A stretch of 61,186 nucleotides of DNA, the filler included, from Basidiobolus ranarum (taxonomy: Eukaryota), in the NCBI GenBank assembly GCA_040143965.1. It is 20 parts of 20 records of this genome, joined end to end, with 100 filler letters (N's around TTAATTAATTAA, not from the genome) between each part and the next. Parts side by side here need not be neighbours in the genome. Positions count along the whole stretch, not along the records: positions 36,838 to 39,796 come from JASJQH010002827.1; positions 39,897 to 42,854 come from JASJQH010002828.1; positions 42,955 to 45,911 come from JASJQH010002829.1; positions 46,012 to 48,967 come from JASJQH010002830.1; 16 more parts are not named here. The stretch is one strand, 5' to 3'. The notes under the pieces were generated by a model. The model was not told the origin of the DNA and made no database searches. It saw only the letters and a list, made by a program, of their open reading frames with translations. This document shows, piece after piece, positions 36,838 to 48,964 of the stretch (its first letter is position 1; each line of letters begins with the position of its first letter). Both the position numbers and the translations under genes were made by a program.

Positions 36838-38514
36838 ATCTGATGGCCAAACAGAAAGAGTCAATCAAGTTTTGGAACAATATTTGCAATGCACTATCAA
36901 CTATAATCAAGATAATTGGACACAACTCTTGCCTCTTGCTGAATTTGCTTACAACAACTCTTATCATACCTCAACAAAGCAAACTCCTTTCTTTGCAAAT
37001 TATGGATTCCATCCTTGTTTCACAATTCACCCACCATCCAATCTACCTTGCCCTGCTGCCTCAGACCATGCCACTTTCCTTAAGGACATCCATAAACAGT
37101 TAATATCCGAGTTGGAACATGCTCAATCCCAATAAAAGAACTTTGCTGATAAGAAAAGAATGCCAAGCCCAGATCTCAAGCCAGGAGATTATGTTTGGCT
37201 ACTCTGGAAAAGTATCAATACCACTAGACCTTGTGATAAACTTGATCATAAAAGACTAGCACCTTTTAATAATATTAAGCAATTCAATTCAGTAGCCTTC
37301 CACCTTGAACTACCAGACCATTTCAAAGTCCACAATGTATTCCATGGGTCTCTCTTAGAGCCACATGCCAGAAACATCTTCTAAGGCCAATCCATTGACC
37401 CGCCCCCAGCAATCCAAGTGGAAGAACATCCTGAATATGAAGTTAGTAAAGTCCTAGATTCCAGAATTTATCGACATAAGTTTCAGTATTTAGTGGATTG
37501 GAAAGGATACTCAACAAATGATCAATTATGGGAGCCAGCAACAAATCTTTCCAATTCCAAGGATCTTAGCCAGGAGTTTCATGAAGCCTACCCAGAAAAA
37601 CCTGGCCCTATGATGTCTAGAAGCCATCACTAAAGAGGGGGATACTGTCATGACTCTGATCTCGGCATACTGACCTACTACAAATAGAACTCCTTTATTA
37701 TTAGATTATGACATCATATCTGCTGTGCCATCCCTTCTTGGCACTCTGGTGTCAGTTCATCCACATTACTTTATATGGAAGTCATGTTCTTTGGAATATT
37801 CCATGAAACCTAACCAATCATGTCATCCCATACATAGTGTATTTCCACCAAGACCTTCCACGGAAGGTCACCTGATCATCTATACATCATCCCTCTTTGT
37901 ATTGGTCCTCATAGTCCCGAACACCCCAACTCTTGAACTTGCCACAGTATATTTCCTATTAAGTATATTATATCTCACCTTGCAATATCAATATAAGCCC
38001 CAAGTATTCCTTGATCAGACCTCAGTCTGATCAATGCCAGTTATCAATAAAGATTCTTGCCCTCTGGTGTCAGTTCATCCACATTACTTTATATGGAAGT
38101 CATGTTCTTTGGAACATTCCATGAAACCTAACCAATCATGTCAACCTGCACATAGTGTATTTCCACCAAGACCTTCCATGGAAGGTCACCTGATCACCCT
38201 TACATCATCCTTACATCATCCCACTTTGTATTGGTCCTTGTAGCCCCCAACACCCCAACTCTTGACCTTGCCACAGTATATTCTATATTGAGTATATTAT
38301 GTTTCACCTTGCAATATCTATATAAGCCCCATGTATTCCTTGATCAGACCTCAGTCTGATCAATGCCAGTTATCAATAAAGATTCTTGCCAAAGTATCTT
38401 CCTTGTCCAGTCTTTTCTTGTTTTGTTTTGTCTTGTGGTCTACACCCAAGTACTCTCCTGCCTTCTAGCCTCTTGTTGTTTTTTGCAGTCCTTGTCCAGT
38501 TCCTTATTGTGACA
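36838..38514 (+). mobile_element. Chromovirus (Ty3/gypsy) 3' end: integrase, chromodomain, PPT and 3' LTR (37646-38514)
   Basis: [45 protein letters not shown]; chromodomain YEVSKVLDSR..YLVDWKGY..WEP; PPT AAAGAGGGGG; LTR TGTCA...TGACA. Confidence 0.93.
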
Positions 38515-39796
38515 GATGGAGATCTCATCCAATTGGATCTCTTAAGTTGGGAAATTAGCACTACAACTTCTGGTACCAATTTAGGCAATGAAACCACCTC
38601 AGGCCTGGTTGAGGAGACTGCAGGTGAGTGATTTTCAATGTTTATCTCACTGATAAAGATCTGATGAGGGAAAGTAGAATTTTCATCAATTTTTGGATGT
38701 TTTTCTTGATCCTGGATTGTTTTGATTGAAAAATTTTCTTCTTCCGCAAGTTCCACATCCCTTGACCTGATTAGCCTTTTGTTTCAGTGTCATATACCCT
38801 GTACCCTTTTGTTCCATCACAATATCCCAAAAAAAGACATATCTGGCTTTTTTGGTCTAATTTTGATCTCTTCTGATCTGGAATCATTGCATATGTGGTA
38901 CTTCCAAAAACTCTGAGATTAGCCACATCAGGTTTACTTCCGAACCAAGTTTGATATGGTGTCATAGCTAATAAAGGCCTTGAAGGAGATCTATTCCTAA
39001 TATATACTGCAGTTGCAACTAATTCAGCCAGAACTGTTTTGGTAAATCCTGATCATGAACCATTGATCTTGCCCTTTCCATTATTGATCTGTTTGCATGT
39101 TCTCCTACTCCATTTGGCTGTGGAGAATACGGCACTGTAGTCTGCTGCTTTATTTCCTGTGTTGCGCAGAAGTTAGAGAAGAGTTTTGAGGTATATTCCC
39201 CTCTATTATGAGAACAGATAATCTTTATCTTTAGACCTGGTTCAGTCTCCACCATTGCTTGGAACTTCTTGAATAAATCAAGGGCTTCACCCATACTGGC
39301 CAGAAAGTACACCAAGTATACTTTGTCTTATCAGCAATAAAGGTCATAAAATACCTTTTTCCACCTAAGGATTTTGTCTGCATTGGGCCACACACATCTG
39401 AGTGTATCAGGCCCAATATTTGATACACTTTGCTCATTCTAAAGCCAACAAATGGCTGTCTGTGTTGCCTACCATATAGGCAACCTTTACATAACTCCAG
39501 ATCTGGTGGAATTACAAAATTTAGTCCCAAAACCATCTGTTCTTAATTAAATTTCTCATATTTTCAGCTCCTAGATGACCAAATCTCCTATGCCAGATTT
39601 TCAGTGTATCTCCTCAGCTGTGGCAGTATTAACTTGTTCATATATTGGCCTAATATAATGAAGTTTATACAAGTTATTTTGCTTAGCTCCAGAAGCTACG
39701 TAATTCCCTTTTTGATCCCTGATTGTACAGCCATTTTGATCAAAATTAAAGCAATATCCCTCAGATGTTGCTTTACTCACTGATAACAAATTTTTT
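38515..39796 (-). mobile_element. Decayed Ty1/copia integrase region (host of the gypsy insertion)
   Basis: LIHSDVCGPMQTKSLGGKRYF, PYSPQPNGVGEHANRSIME, TPYQTWFGSKPDVANLRVFG. Confidence 0.88.
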
Positions 39797-39896
39797 NNNN
39801 NNNNNNNNNNNNNNNNNNNNNNNNNNNNNNNNNNNNNNNNTTAATTAATTAANNNNNNNNNNNNNNNNNNNNNNNNNNNNNNNNNNNNNNNNNNNN

Positions 39897-42854
39897 AGAG
39901 CAATTTTTTGCTGTTTACAGACCATATCAGGATGTGTTGGGTCAATAAATCCATCTGGTTGCTCCATATAGATCTCTTATTCTAGATTTCCATTCAGAGA
40001 GGCTGTTTTTACATCCATATGATGTAGATCAGGTTATGGAGGGCTGAGAGTGCCAGGATTGATCTAATGGAGCTAAACCTAGCTACTGGAGCAAAAGCTT
40101 CATTTAAAGCAACTCCTGGGGTCTGGGAATAACCTTTTGGAACTAATCTTGCTTTGTACCTTTCTATGGTTCCATCAGCTTGGTTTCTGACTTTGTAGAC
40201 CCATTTGCAACATATTAGCTTTCTCCCTGATGGAAGCGGACTTAAAAACCATGTTTTATTGTCCTGAAGTGAAGAAAACTCATCTGACATTGCTTTTTCC
40301 CATAATTTTGATTCTGGACACTCCATAGCTTGATCTAGAGTCTGTGTCTTGTCACAGAATGCTGCATAAGTATATACATTATCATTGGAAGTGTTCCACC
40401 AGTTTCATGGCTTATATCTCCTTTTGGATGATCTTCTGGGTCCTGAATCATCATTTGATGTAATTGGGACTAAAATTTTGGTTGAACAGGGCTCAGATAC
40501 AGCTGGAAATTTGTCGGACACTTCCTGAATAGTTTTGATTGTGTTTTCTGGATCAACTACTATGATTTGAGGTGAAAAATATGCTTTTTCATCAAGAATC
40601 ACATCTCTGCACTTAATTAACTTCTGATTTTCAGTATTAAACAGTCTGTAGGCCTTGGATCCATCACAGTAACCATGAAATATGCATTTTCTGCTTTTGG
40701 GTTCCAATATTGAGTGTTTTTGAGCAGGAATCAGGCAATATGCTGAGCAACCAAAGATCCTGAGAAGAGCCACACTTGGTTTTATCAATATAGGGCTTCA
40801 AACAGAGTAGAATTTTTTGGCAATCTTGTTGTGCATCTATTTTGATATAGACTGCAGTGGAGACAGATTCAGCCTAATATTGGTAATCTAACTTTTGATC
40901 ATGTAATATTGATCTTGCCATCTCCACTATGGACCTATCAGCACATTCTGCAACTCCATTTTGCTGTGGAGTATAAGGTACAGTAGTTTGTTGCTTAATT
41001 CCATGTTTAGAGCAAAAACTAGTAAAGTCTTTAGAGCAGTATTCTGCACCATTATCCCTCCTTGGTACCCTTATTTTTTGTGCTGATTCTTTCTCTACCA
41101 CTGGTTTTTAGTGCTTGAATGTAGCTAGGGCTTCAGCTTTTGATTTGAGAAAGAATACTGAAGTATATCTTGTTTGTCATCAATAAAGGTCATAAGTACC
41201 TTTTCCCACCCAGTGAGAAGCTTTTCAAAGGCCCACATAGATCAGAATGAATCAGGGAAACATTCTGAGTGGATTTGATCTCTCCAGAGCTTGAAAATGG
41301 CTGTATGTGATGTTTTCCATATATGCAACCTTCACACAGATCCAATTCAGTGATACTTGCAATTTCCAAGCCTGAAAAAAGCTGATTTTGTATCTTTTGA
41401 GTCAGTTTTTGTTCCCCAATACGGCCTGATTTTCTATGCCATGTTTGACAACTTATTTCACCAGTTGTGGCCAAGTTTGCATGCTCAGATTGCAATTTGT
41501 TGATTTCAAGCTTGTATAAGTTTTGAGTTTTGATTGCAGTAGCTAATTTGGTAATGTTCTGATCTGTGATAGTGCATCCAGCATTACTGAACACAAAGTT
41601 TAATCCTTGATTTGTTGCTTGGCTTACTGAGAGTAGATTCTTGGCTATATTTGGAACATTGAGTACATCATCTGATTTTGCAGATGGTGTAGCTGAACTG
41701 TGGTCTAAATTGAGTACAACTGTGCCATTACCAACTGTATCTAGTACAAGTCATCACCCAAGTAGACTTTCCTTATTTGGATTGGGTTTAAGCTGGAAAA
41801 CCAATCTTTCCTGTTTGACATATGCTGCAAAGCTCCGGAATCAATGTACCACATTTCTGAGTCTTCTTTAGTGGTTACTGATGGGCCAGGCACAAATAGA
41901 TGATATCTATCAGTGCTTACTTCATTTGCTTGTTCCCATTTTAGCTTTTTGGCAAAAATCCTTTTTCTGCAACTTTGATTAAATGGCCTGGTTTCATGCA
42001 ATATTTGCAGATGATTAATATCCTAATAGGGGCACCATTATTGAAGCCTGTTGGATGTTTCACTGCTCCAAAAAATGCCTCTTCTGCATTATTTTGCTGA
42101 GAATTAGATCTCCTTAATTCTTCACTCAAAAGCCTAGCACAAACATATTTCATTGGTAATGGCTCTGAGCTTGATTCTAGGGCATTTATGAGGTTCCCAA
42201 ACTTGTCTGGCAGTTTCCCAAGTAGTGTCATGACTAAGTCATCTTCATTTAGAGGTTCTCCATTGGATGAGAGCTGATCTGCCAAAATTCTTTTCCAATT
42301 AATATAATTAAGCATAGAATGATCAGGATTCATCTGAATTGAGGACAATTTTCACCTAAGATATTGCCTATTAGCAAGACTTTTAGTCTCACATAGTCTC
42401 TCAAGTGTTTCCCAAGCATTTTGGATGTTTTTGGCTGATTGTATGTGCCTCAATTGAGAATCTCTAACAAGTAGACAAAGTGTAGAGAGTGCTTTCCTCT
42501 GCTTCTTGTGAAAGGCACAGATAGCTTCTGGTGGTCCCTTTGGCTCTATTTCTTCTCCTGTAATAAATCCCCAAAGGTCCTTGTCTTCTAGCACCATTTT
42601 CATCTTGAACTGACAAAGATGAGAGTTATCACCATCAAATTTCTCTGTGGATGCAAAAACATTAGTAATAGTACTGGAAGACATTCCTTTAATAGCTAGC
42701 TTGGGGCTCATTGACCTATTGAAATTATTTAGGGAGAAATATTGGTCTGGCCAGGATTTGAACCTGGGACCTCCTTCACTCTGGCAAGGTGCTCTAACCA
42801 CTGAGCTACCAGTGCTTGTATGCTATGCCTGTAATGCTAGAGAACCTTAACCTA
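39897..42854 (-). mobile_element. Decayed Ty1/copia element: partial 5' LTR (42717-42854), PBS (about 42703-42716), gag-PR-IN-RT
   Basis: Gag MKMVLEDKDLWGFITG, CKYCMKPGH knuckle, WYIDSGA protease, LIHSDLCGP, PYTPQQNGVAE, RT CKWVYKV..YKARLVPKGYSQ, all in copia order. Confidence 0.93.
42743..42815 (-). other. tRNA-like 73-nt cloverleaf with A and B boxes inside the copia LTR
   Basis: GCACTGG TA GCTC AGTGGTTA GAGC A CCTTG CCAGAGT GAAGG AGGTC CCAGG TTCAAAT CCTGG CCAGACC A. D stem 4/4, T stem 5/5, anticodon stem 4/5, acceptor stem 5/7; U33 is missing. Confidence 0.85.
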
Positions 42855-42954
42855 NNNNNNNNNNNNNNNNNNNNNNNNNNNNNNNNNNNNNNNNNNNNTT
42901 AATTAATTAANNNNNNNNNNNNNNNNNNNNNNNNNNNNNNNNNNNNNNNNNNNN

Positions 42955-44500
42955 AATATTTTATTAAAGCTAATATCATTGTATGTATTGGTGACACTCC
43001 CACCATCAGCATACTTGGAGGTTTTCATGGGCACAATGCACTATCTTGTGGTAAATTTTGTTAAATCAATGGAGTCTACTCTGTCATGCATACACATCAC
43101 TAGTATCCAAATATAAAGTAGAAACTCCATGAAGAGCCCAGTCAGATTTCAACATGAACACTGATATCCATTCACCAAATAGGCAGTCTAACATCAGACT
43201 GGGCATTAGCTGTATGCCTAAGATTTTATTGCAAAAGGGGATCAGCTGGAGCTACAGGTTCCAACTAGGCACTATGCACTTATTATTCCACAACTTTGCA
43301 ATACTGCTTACTCAGCTATAGAGTGGAAAAATCAATATGAATAAGCCATTTGAGATGGGATCAAAGCTTGAATTGATTGCAAAAATGCTTGAAATGTCAA
43401 GATACCTTCATATTAATCAGGACTCCCATCAATATCCACCTATCTAGGCACTTACTCAAATACAAGATTGGAAGTGTTGGGTTTGTACATATTCAAGCCA
43501 AATCATCAATAGATTTCTGCCTGATAGGTTTTGGCCTCATTGTGAGTTGTTTGTGGATATGGCTAATATATTCTAATAGCACCAACTTGCATTGGCAGAT
43601 CTCAGGCAGATATAGCAACTGTGCAAAGATTTTGTATTTGGATATAAAAACTTTATCACAGGATTAAAGAAGATAGACTGAATCTATGCCAATATTCAAT
43701 ACATTCCCTGCTGCATCTTTCACAATGCTTAGAGATTATAGGCCCTTGCTACACATTCTGAGAGTTCCTAATGGAGCACACCTATGGTACAATGAAGCTT
43801 TGTGTGAAATCATCAGTATTACCATATGATAATCTGATTAACAATGCATCAGCAAAATCTGTGATGGAGGTGATTCATTAGCTTAAGGAGACTTCAGAGT
43901 ATATTAACCATCCAGCAAAGAGCTCTTTTCAATATGCTCATGGGTTTATATTGTTGGAGCACACTAACAGCAACAAAGCCCACTCTATGGACACAGAGTC
44001 AGAACCTCCAAAATTTGGACTAATTGGTTTGTGATATTCTAACAGAATTTCTAGGAAAGCTGCAAGACAGACTTCTTGGTGGGATATGTTGAGATATGCA
44101 GTACTTTAGTTTTAGCCATTGGGTATTCTATTTAAGCAATGACACATCAACTTGTGGCAGGACATCTGTTGACTGTAAGTTGAGGATAGTTTGGCTGAAC
44201 TGTGAACGGAATTGGCCAAAATCCAAGAGCTTATACTTGTTGTAAAAGGTAACAAGAGTCATCTATTTGCTAAATGTCAGTGCTATTCAAAATTTCAGTT
44301 GTTTAGCAATTTTGCCACTGTTAGTTTGCTGATAAAGCACTTTGATGATGTTGAGTTATGTTTGATCAGTCAAGTATGTGCAGATATAGAGACTAAACAC
44401 AAGATTCTTGTATTTTTTGATTCTCATTATGGCTGGAATATAAAGCCTAAAATATCTAAATAAAGGCATGCATAATAATTCAAATTCCTACTGCAGTAAA
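42955..44500 (+). mobile_element. CACTA/En-Spm transposase pseudogene (middle and 3' part)
   Basis: CIGDTPTISILGGFHGHNA, GTMHLL, SIHSLLHLSQCLEIIGPC; collinear with 58715-60280. Confidence 0.8.
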
Positions 44501-44559
44501 CCTTCCATGGCTTTTTTGCCATATGTACGACCCTCACATATTGCTATTGTGCTTAAGGT

Positions 44560-45911
44560 TAATTAGCTTTCCAGAAATCAGATAATGTTTGATCATTTTG
44601 CCATAATTAGCAAATCTAAAATGGCCACACCTGATATAACATAATTAAATGGTTTCTTCGTTTGAATTACTTATTGTTACATTTAAACTTCTTGCATTGT
44701 ATGTAAGTATGTATTAGTTCTATTTTGTTTCTCCCAAAGCTAAGAAAATCCCATTGGATTACTAATAGTGCATCCTGACCAATTAGAATTAAACTTGAGC
44801 ACTTTCAAGATGGTCATGCATACATATTTTGAATTCTTGGTACAGTTTGGAATATGTAGTACAACCTTCAAAGTTTACTGTCTGTCTTCATAAGCATTAG
44901 TTCAATTGACTTGCTTTGTTCCCATTCTAACAGCATCAAATGCATGGTTATGTTGTATGAAAACCATTCTAGTGATGATTATTCTTAACTGATAAACCAA
45001 CATTTTTCATATGTAACTTGGTAGGAGTCTCCAAAATTAATGTTGCATCTCTGCAAATCCTTACTGGTAGTTCTAGCTGGAGCAGTTATGAACCAGTGAT
45101 CATCTGTCTCCACTGCATTTCCAGATTCAGTATATTTTTCCTCTTGGTGATTTTTTCCAAGCAATCTTTGCTTAAAGTGCTCTTGCTTTCACAGAAATAA
45201 CAGAATGTGTTACTTTTCTTTTCAAAGTTCTTTTGATCTCTATAGGAAGGTTCCCCATGGCCTATGATAGCATTTTCTTCATTCTTTTAGTTGGATCCTC
45301 ATTGGCATAAATCTTCATCCAGACATCTGCCATATACATAATTTAAGGTCAAATTTTCAGTTCTTTATTCCAAAGCCTTTGCTAGGCTCTGAGACTTGGG
45401 TGGCAGACTATTCAGGACTGTGACTATGATATCTTGATCAGTGATAGGCACTCCAATGCATTCCATTTCATCCACTAAAATAGTGACTCTATTAATTAGT
45501 GATTTGAGGTCTTCTCCTGGCTGCATCTTGAAGTTAAAGAATTGTCTTGTTATAAACATCTTGTTGGCAGCAAAACTTGTTTAGTAGGTGTCTTCCAAGA
45601 CTTTACATACCTTCTTGACAGTTTTAGCTCTTGAACATTGAATTAGTAATTTGTCTTTAACATTAAGACAAGTTGTGTTAAAGACACTTTGCTCTTGTTT
45701 GACTTGGAGTAAATTTTTGGTTTCAGATAGTTTTGCACTGTTTGCTTCACCTAGAGTAGTGTCCCAAAGTCCTTTTTCTTGCAGCAGCATTTTCATTTTA
45801 ATTTTCCAAACTTGATAATTGGTTCTATCCAATCTTTCAGAAGTGGGAAAAGTTCCATAAATAAGAGAAGTGGACATTACAGAATGTGCCCGCTTGGGGC
45901 TCACCACCTGT
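44560..45911 (-). mobile_element. Decayed Ty1/copia gag-protease with PBS remnant
   Basis: ERLDRTNYQVWKIKMKMLLQEKGLWD; minus-strand ACA-GGTGGTGAGCCCC at the scaffold edge. Confidence 0.8.
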
Positions 45912-46078
45912 NNNNNNNNNNNNNNNNNNNNNNNNNNNNNNNNNNNNNNNNNNNNTTAATTAATTAANNNNNNNNNNNNNNNNNNNNNNNNNNNNNNNNN
46001 NNNNNNNNNNNAAACACACTATCATAAGTTGCTTCTAATACCCAAAGTCTACCCCCATTATGTCAAGATCCTCCAACA

Positions 46079-47160
46079 CTTTTCCCTCTTATGAAAAATT
46101 GAATGGAGCCAAGTATCAAGTTTGGAAAGTTAAAATGAAAATGCTGCTACAAGAAAAAGAGCTTTGGGATACTGACATGGAAGAAAAAACAATACAAAAC
46201 TATCTGAAACTGAAGTATTACTCCAGATTAAAAAAGAACAAAGTATCTTTAATACAATTTGTCTTAATTTTAAAGACAAGCTGTTAATTCAATGTTCAAC
46301 AACCAAAACTGCTGAGAATGTATGGAAAGCCTTGAATGATACCTACCAAACATGTTCTGCTACCAGAATGATGTTTCTAAGAAGACAATTCTTGAACCCA
46401 CAGATGAAGCCAGGAGAAGACATCAAATCACTAATTAATAGAGTTACCATTTTAGTGGATGATATGAAATGCATTGGAATATCTACTACTGATTGGGATA
46501 TCTTAGTTACAGTCCTGAGTAGCCTGTCACACAAGTTTGAGAGCCTAGTAATGGCTCTAGAATCAAGACCTGAATATATGACCTTAAATTATATATTTGG
46601 CAGACTTCTGGATGAAGATTTATGTAAATTGGGATCTAACCAAAAGAATGAAGAAAATGCTTTAATAGGCTATGGGAAACCTTTTGATAGAGATCAAATA
46701 CACTTTGAGAAGAAGAGTAACCCATTTGGTGTTTACTGTAAAAGAACATGAAATTTAATTAAAGTTTGCTTTCTGAGAATTGCGAAAGGAGAAAAACATA
46801 CTGAATCTGGAAACGTGATTACAACAGAAGATCACTTGCTCATATCTGCTGCATCAATGACTACCAACAAGGATTCTCAGACATGCTATATTGATTCTGG
46901 AGCTTCCCAACTTCTCACAAATGAAAAACACTGGTGTGTGAATTATGAAAAAGTCCCTATTGGAAAGTTCTTAATGGAGATGACAATATATTGGATGCCA
47001 TTGGAATAAGAACAATTCAAGTCAATATAGCTGATCCTTCTGAAGAGAGACTGTATACTTTCAAGGATGCACTATATTTTCCAGCTATTGCCAAGAATTT
47101 AGCATCTGTATTCAAGGCCACTTCAGAAGGCCTAAAATTCAATTTTGATAGGTTAGGAAG
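46079..47160 (+). mobile_element. Decayed Ty1/copia gag-protease, preceded by an LTR end (46012-46078)
   Basis: EKLNGAKYQVWKVKMKMLLQEKELWD and CYIDSGASQ; 46013-46078 matches 49621-49685, ending CAACA. Confidence 0.85.
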
Positions 47161-47508
47161 TGTAAAAGTATTGGGGAGCCCATTGGAAGTGATTTTGAGA
47201 ATTAGAGAAATTCAAGATTTTCACTTATTGATTAATTGAGTGGAAAGTTGACATTTATAGTTTTTTCAAGATGTAAGCAAACCAACAAGTAGAATGTGTT
47301 AAAGAAAGTCCCAGAAGCATGTGTACAAAGTTTGGGGCTTCTAGTATAAGTTTGCAAAATACAAATATCTGAGAACTTCTAATTTGGTAAAAATGTTCTA
47401 AGTAAATTCCAATTGAGAATAATGGATATTATCTTGGTGAATTGTAAGATAACTAAGTACTAAGCTATATATGACTATAGAGGTGTTTGGGCAAAGCTAA
47501 TTTCAACA
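47161..47508 (-). mobile_element. Solo copia LTR (~350 bp)
   Basis: TGTAAAAG...TTCAACA flanked by GGAAG/GGAAA (degenerate 5-bp TSD); homologous to 47643-47990 and 48616-48964. Confidence 0.75.
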
Positions 47509-47642
47509 GGAAATACCATCACTGATCCAAACGGTAAATATTCAGCTTTGTGAGAAAAGGATCAGAACTTTGACAAAGTTTCATATAATCAATAGGGTGT
47601 AGGTCTATATATAAGTTATTCCAATTAGAAACTATTTGAATA

Positions 47643-48210
47643 TGCTCAAGTATTTGGGAGCCTGCTAGCAGTGATTTGGAGAATCAGAGAAATTCAAGGT
47701 TTTCACTTATAGATTATTTGAGTTGAAAGTTGACATATGTACTTTAGTCAAGATATAAACAAACCAATGTGCAGAATGTGCTCAGGAAGGTCCCAGGAAC
47801 ATGAGTACTAGGTTTAGGGCTTCAAGAACAAGTTTGAAAAATCAAATTATCTGAGAACTTATAGGTTGGTAAAAATATTCCAAGTAAATTCCAATTGAGA
47901 ATATTGGGTAATATCTTAATGAAATATAGGATAACTATATATTAAGCTATATAAGACTATATAGATGTTTAGGCAATGCTAACTTCAACACTCTCCCCCA
48001 GCTAAATTGTCATATAAACTAATCCTAAGAAAGGTCAAAATTTCTCAAATTTCTCTCTAGCAAATTGTTTAGTAAATGAAGCATCAATTATGTCTTTGGT
48101 ATAACAATAAGTTAAGTCAATAAGCTTATATTGTACAGTTTCTTTAATAAAATGCTGTCTAATATCTACAGGTTTGCTTATGGTATAAAATGTGGGATTT
48201 CTAGCTCATT
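47643..48210 (-). mobile_element. Copia 3' LTR (47643-47990), PPT and RNase H remnant
   Basis: Minus strand reads GGGGGAGAG-TGTTGAAG; upstream remnant resembles DIRQHFIKETVQ. Confidence 0.75.
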
Positions 48211-48213
48211 TGG

Positions 48214-48615
48214 CCTTGACAAAAATAAAATCAATTTGATCTGAATTGGATCCACCCTTCTGGATTGCAAAACCATCAGAGAACCATGACAGTATTGGTG
48301 GCTTGCATTCTGCCAAGGATTTTGATGGTGAGATAGTGGCTACTTGACAGAATTTTAATGGCATTCATACCTGTTAACACATTGATCCTGATATTTGGCA
48401 TGCATTATTTAATTTCCAGCAATTTTTGCCAAAATCTAATTTTTGAATGGCAAATTACTGGGTTTACTGCAGTAGGAATTTGAATCAATATCCATGCCTT
48501 TATTTAGATATCTTAGGCTTTGTATTCCAGCCATAATGAAAATCAAAAAAACAAGAATCTTGTTGTGTTTAGTCTCTACATATGCACATACTTGACTGAG
48601 CAGACATGACTCAAC
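48214..48615 (-). mobile_element. CACTA terminus fragment
   Basis: CCTTGACAAAAATAAAATCAATTTGATC terminus shared with other copies; interrupted by the LTR at 48616. Confidence 0.65.
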
Positions 48616-48964
48616 TGTTAAAGTATTTGGGAGCCTGTTGGAAATGGTTTTGGAGAATTAGAGGAATTGGTGGTTTTCACTTATTGATTTATTGAGTGGA
48701 AAGTTGACAGTTATAGTTTTGTCAAGATGTAGGCAAATTTATGTGTAGAATATGTTAAGAAAGGTCCCAGGAACATGTGTGCAAAGTTTGGGGCTTCTAG
48801 CACAAATTTGAAGAATCTATATATCTGAGAACTTCTAAGTTGGTAAAAATATTCTCAGTAAATTCCAATTGAGAATAATTGATAATATCTTAGTGAATTA
48901 TAAGATAACTAAGTACTAAGCTATATATGACTATATAGGTGTTTAGGCAATGCTAATTTCAACA
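48616..48964 (-). mobile_element. Copia LTR (third copy of this family)
   Basis: TGTTAAAG...TTCAACA followed by CTC, the start of the PPT complement. Confidence 0.75.

Noticed and set aside
42743-42815. Functional tRNA-Ser(AGA) gene
   Set aside because: Mismatched acceptor stem, no U33, no long variable arm as in tRNA-Ser, no oligo-T terminator directly downstream, and it sits inside an LTR.
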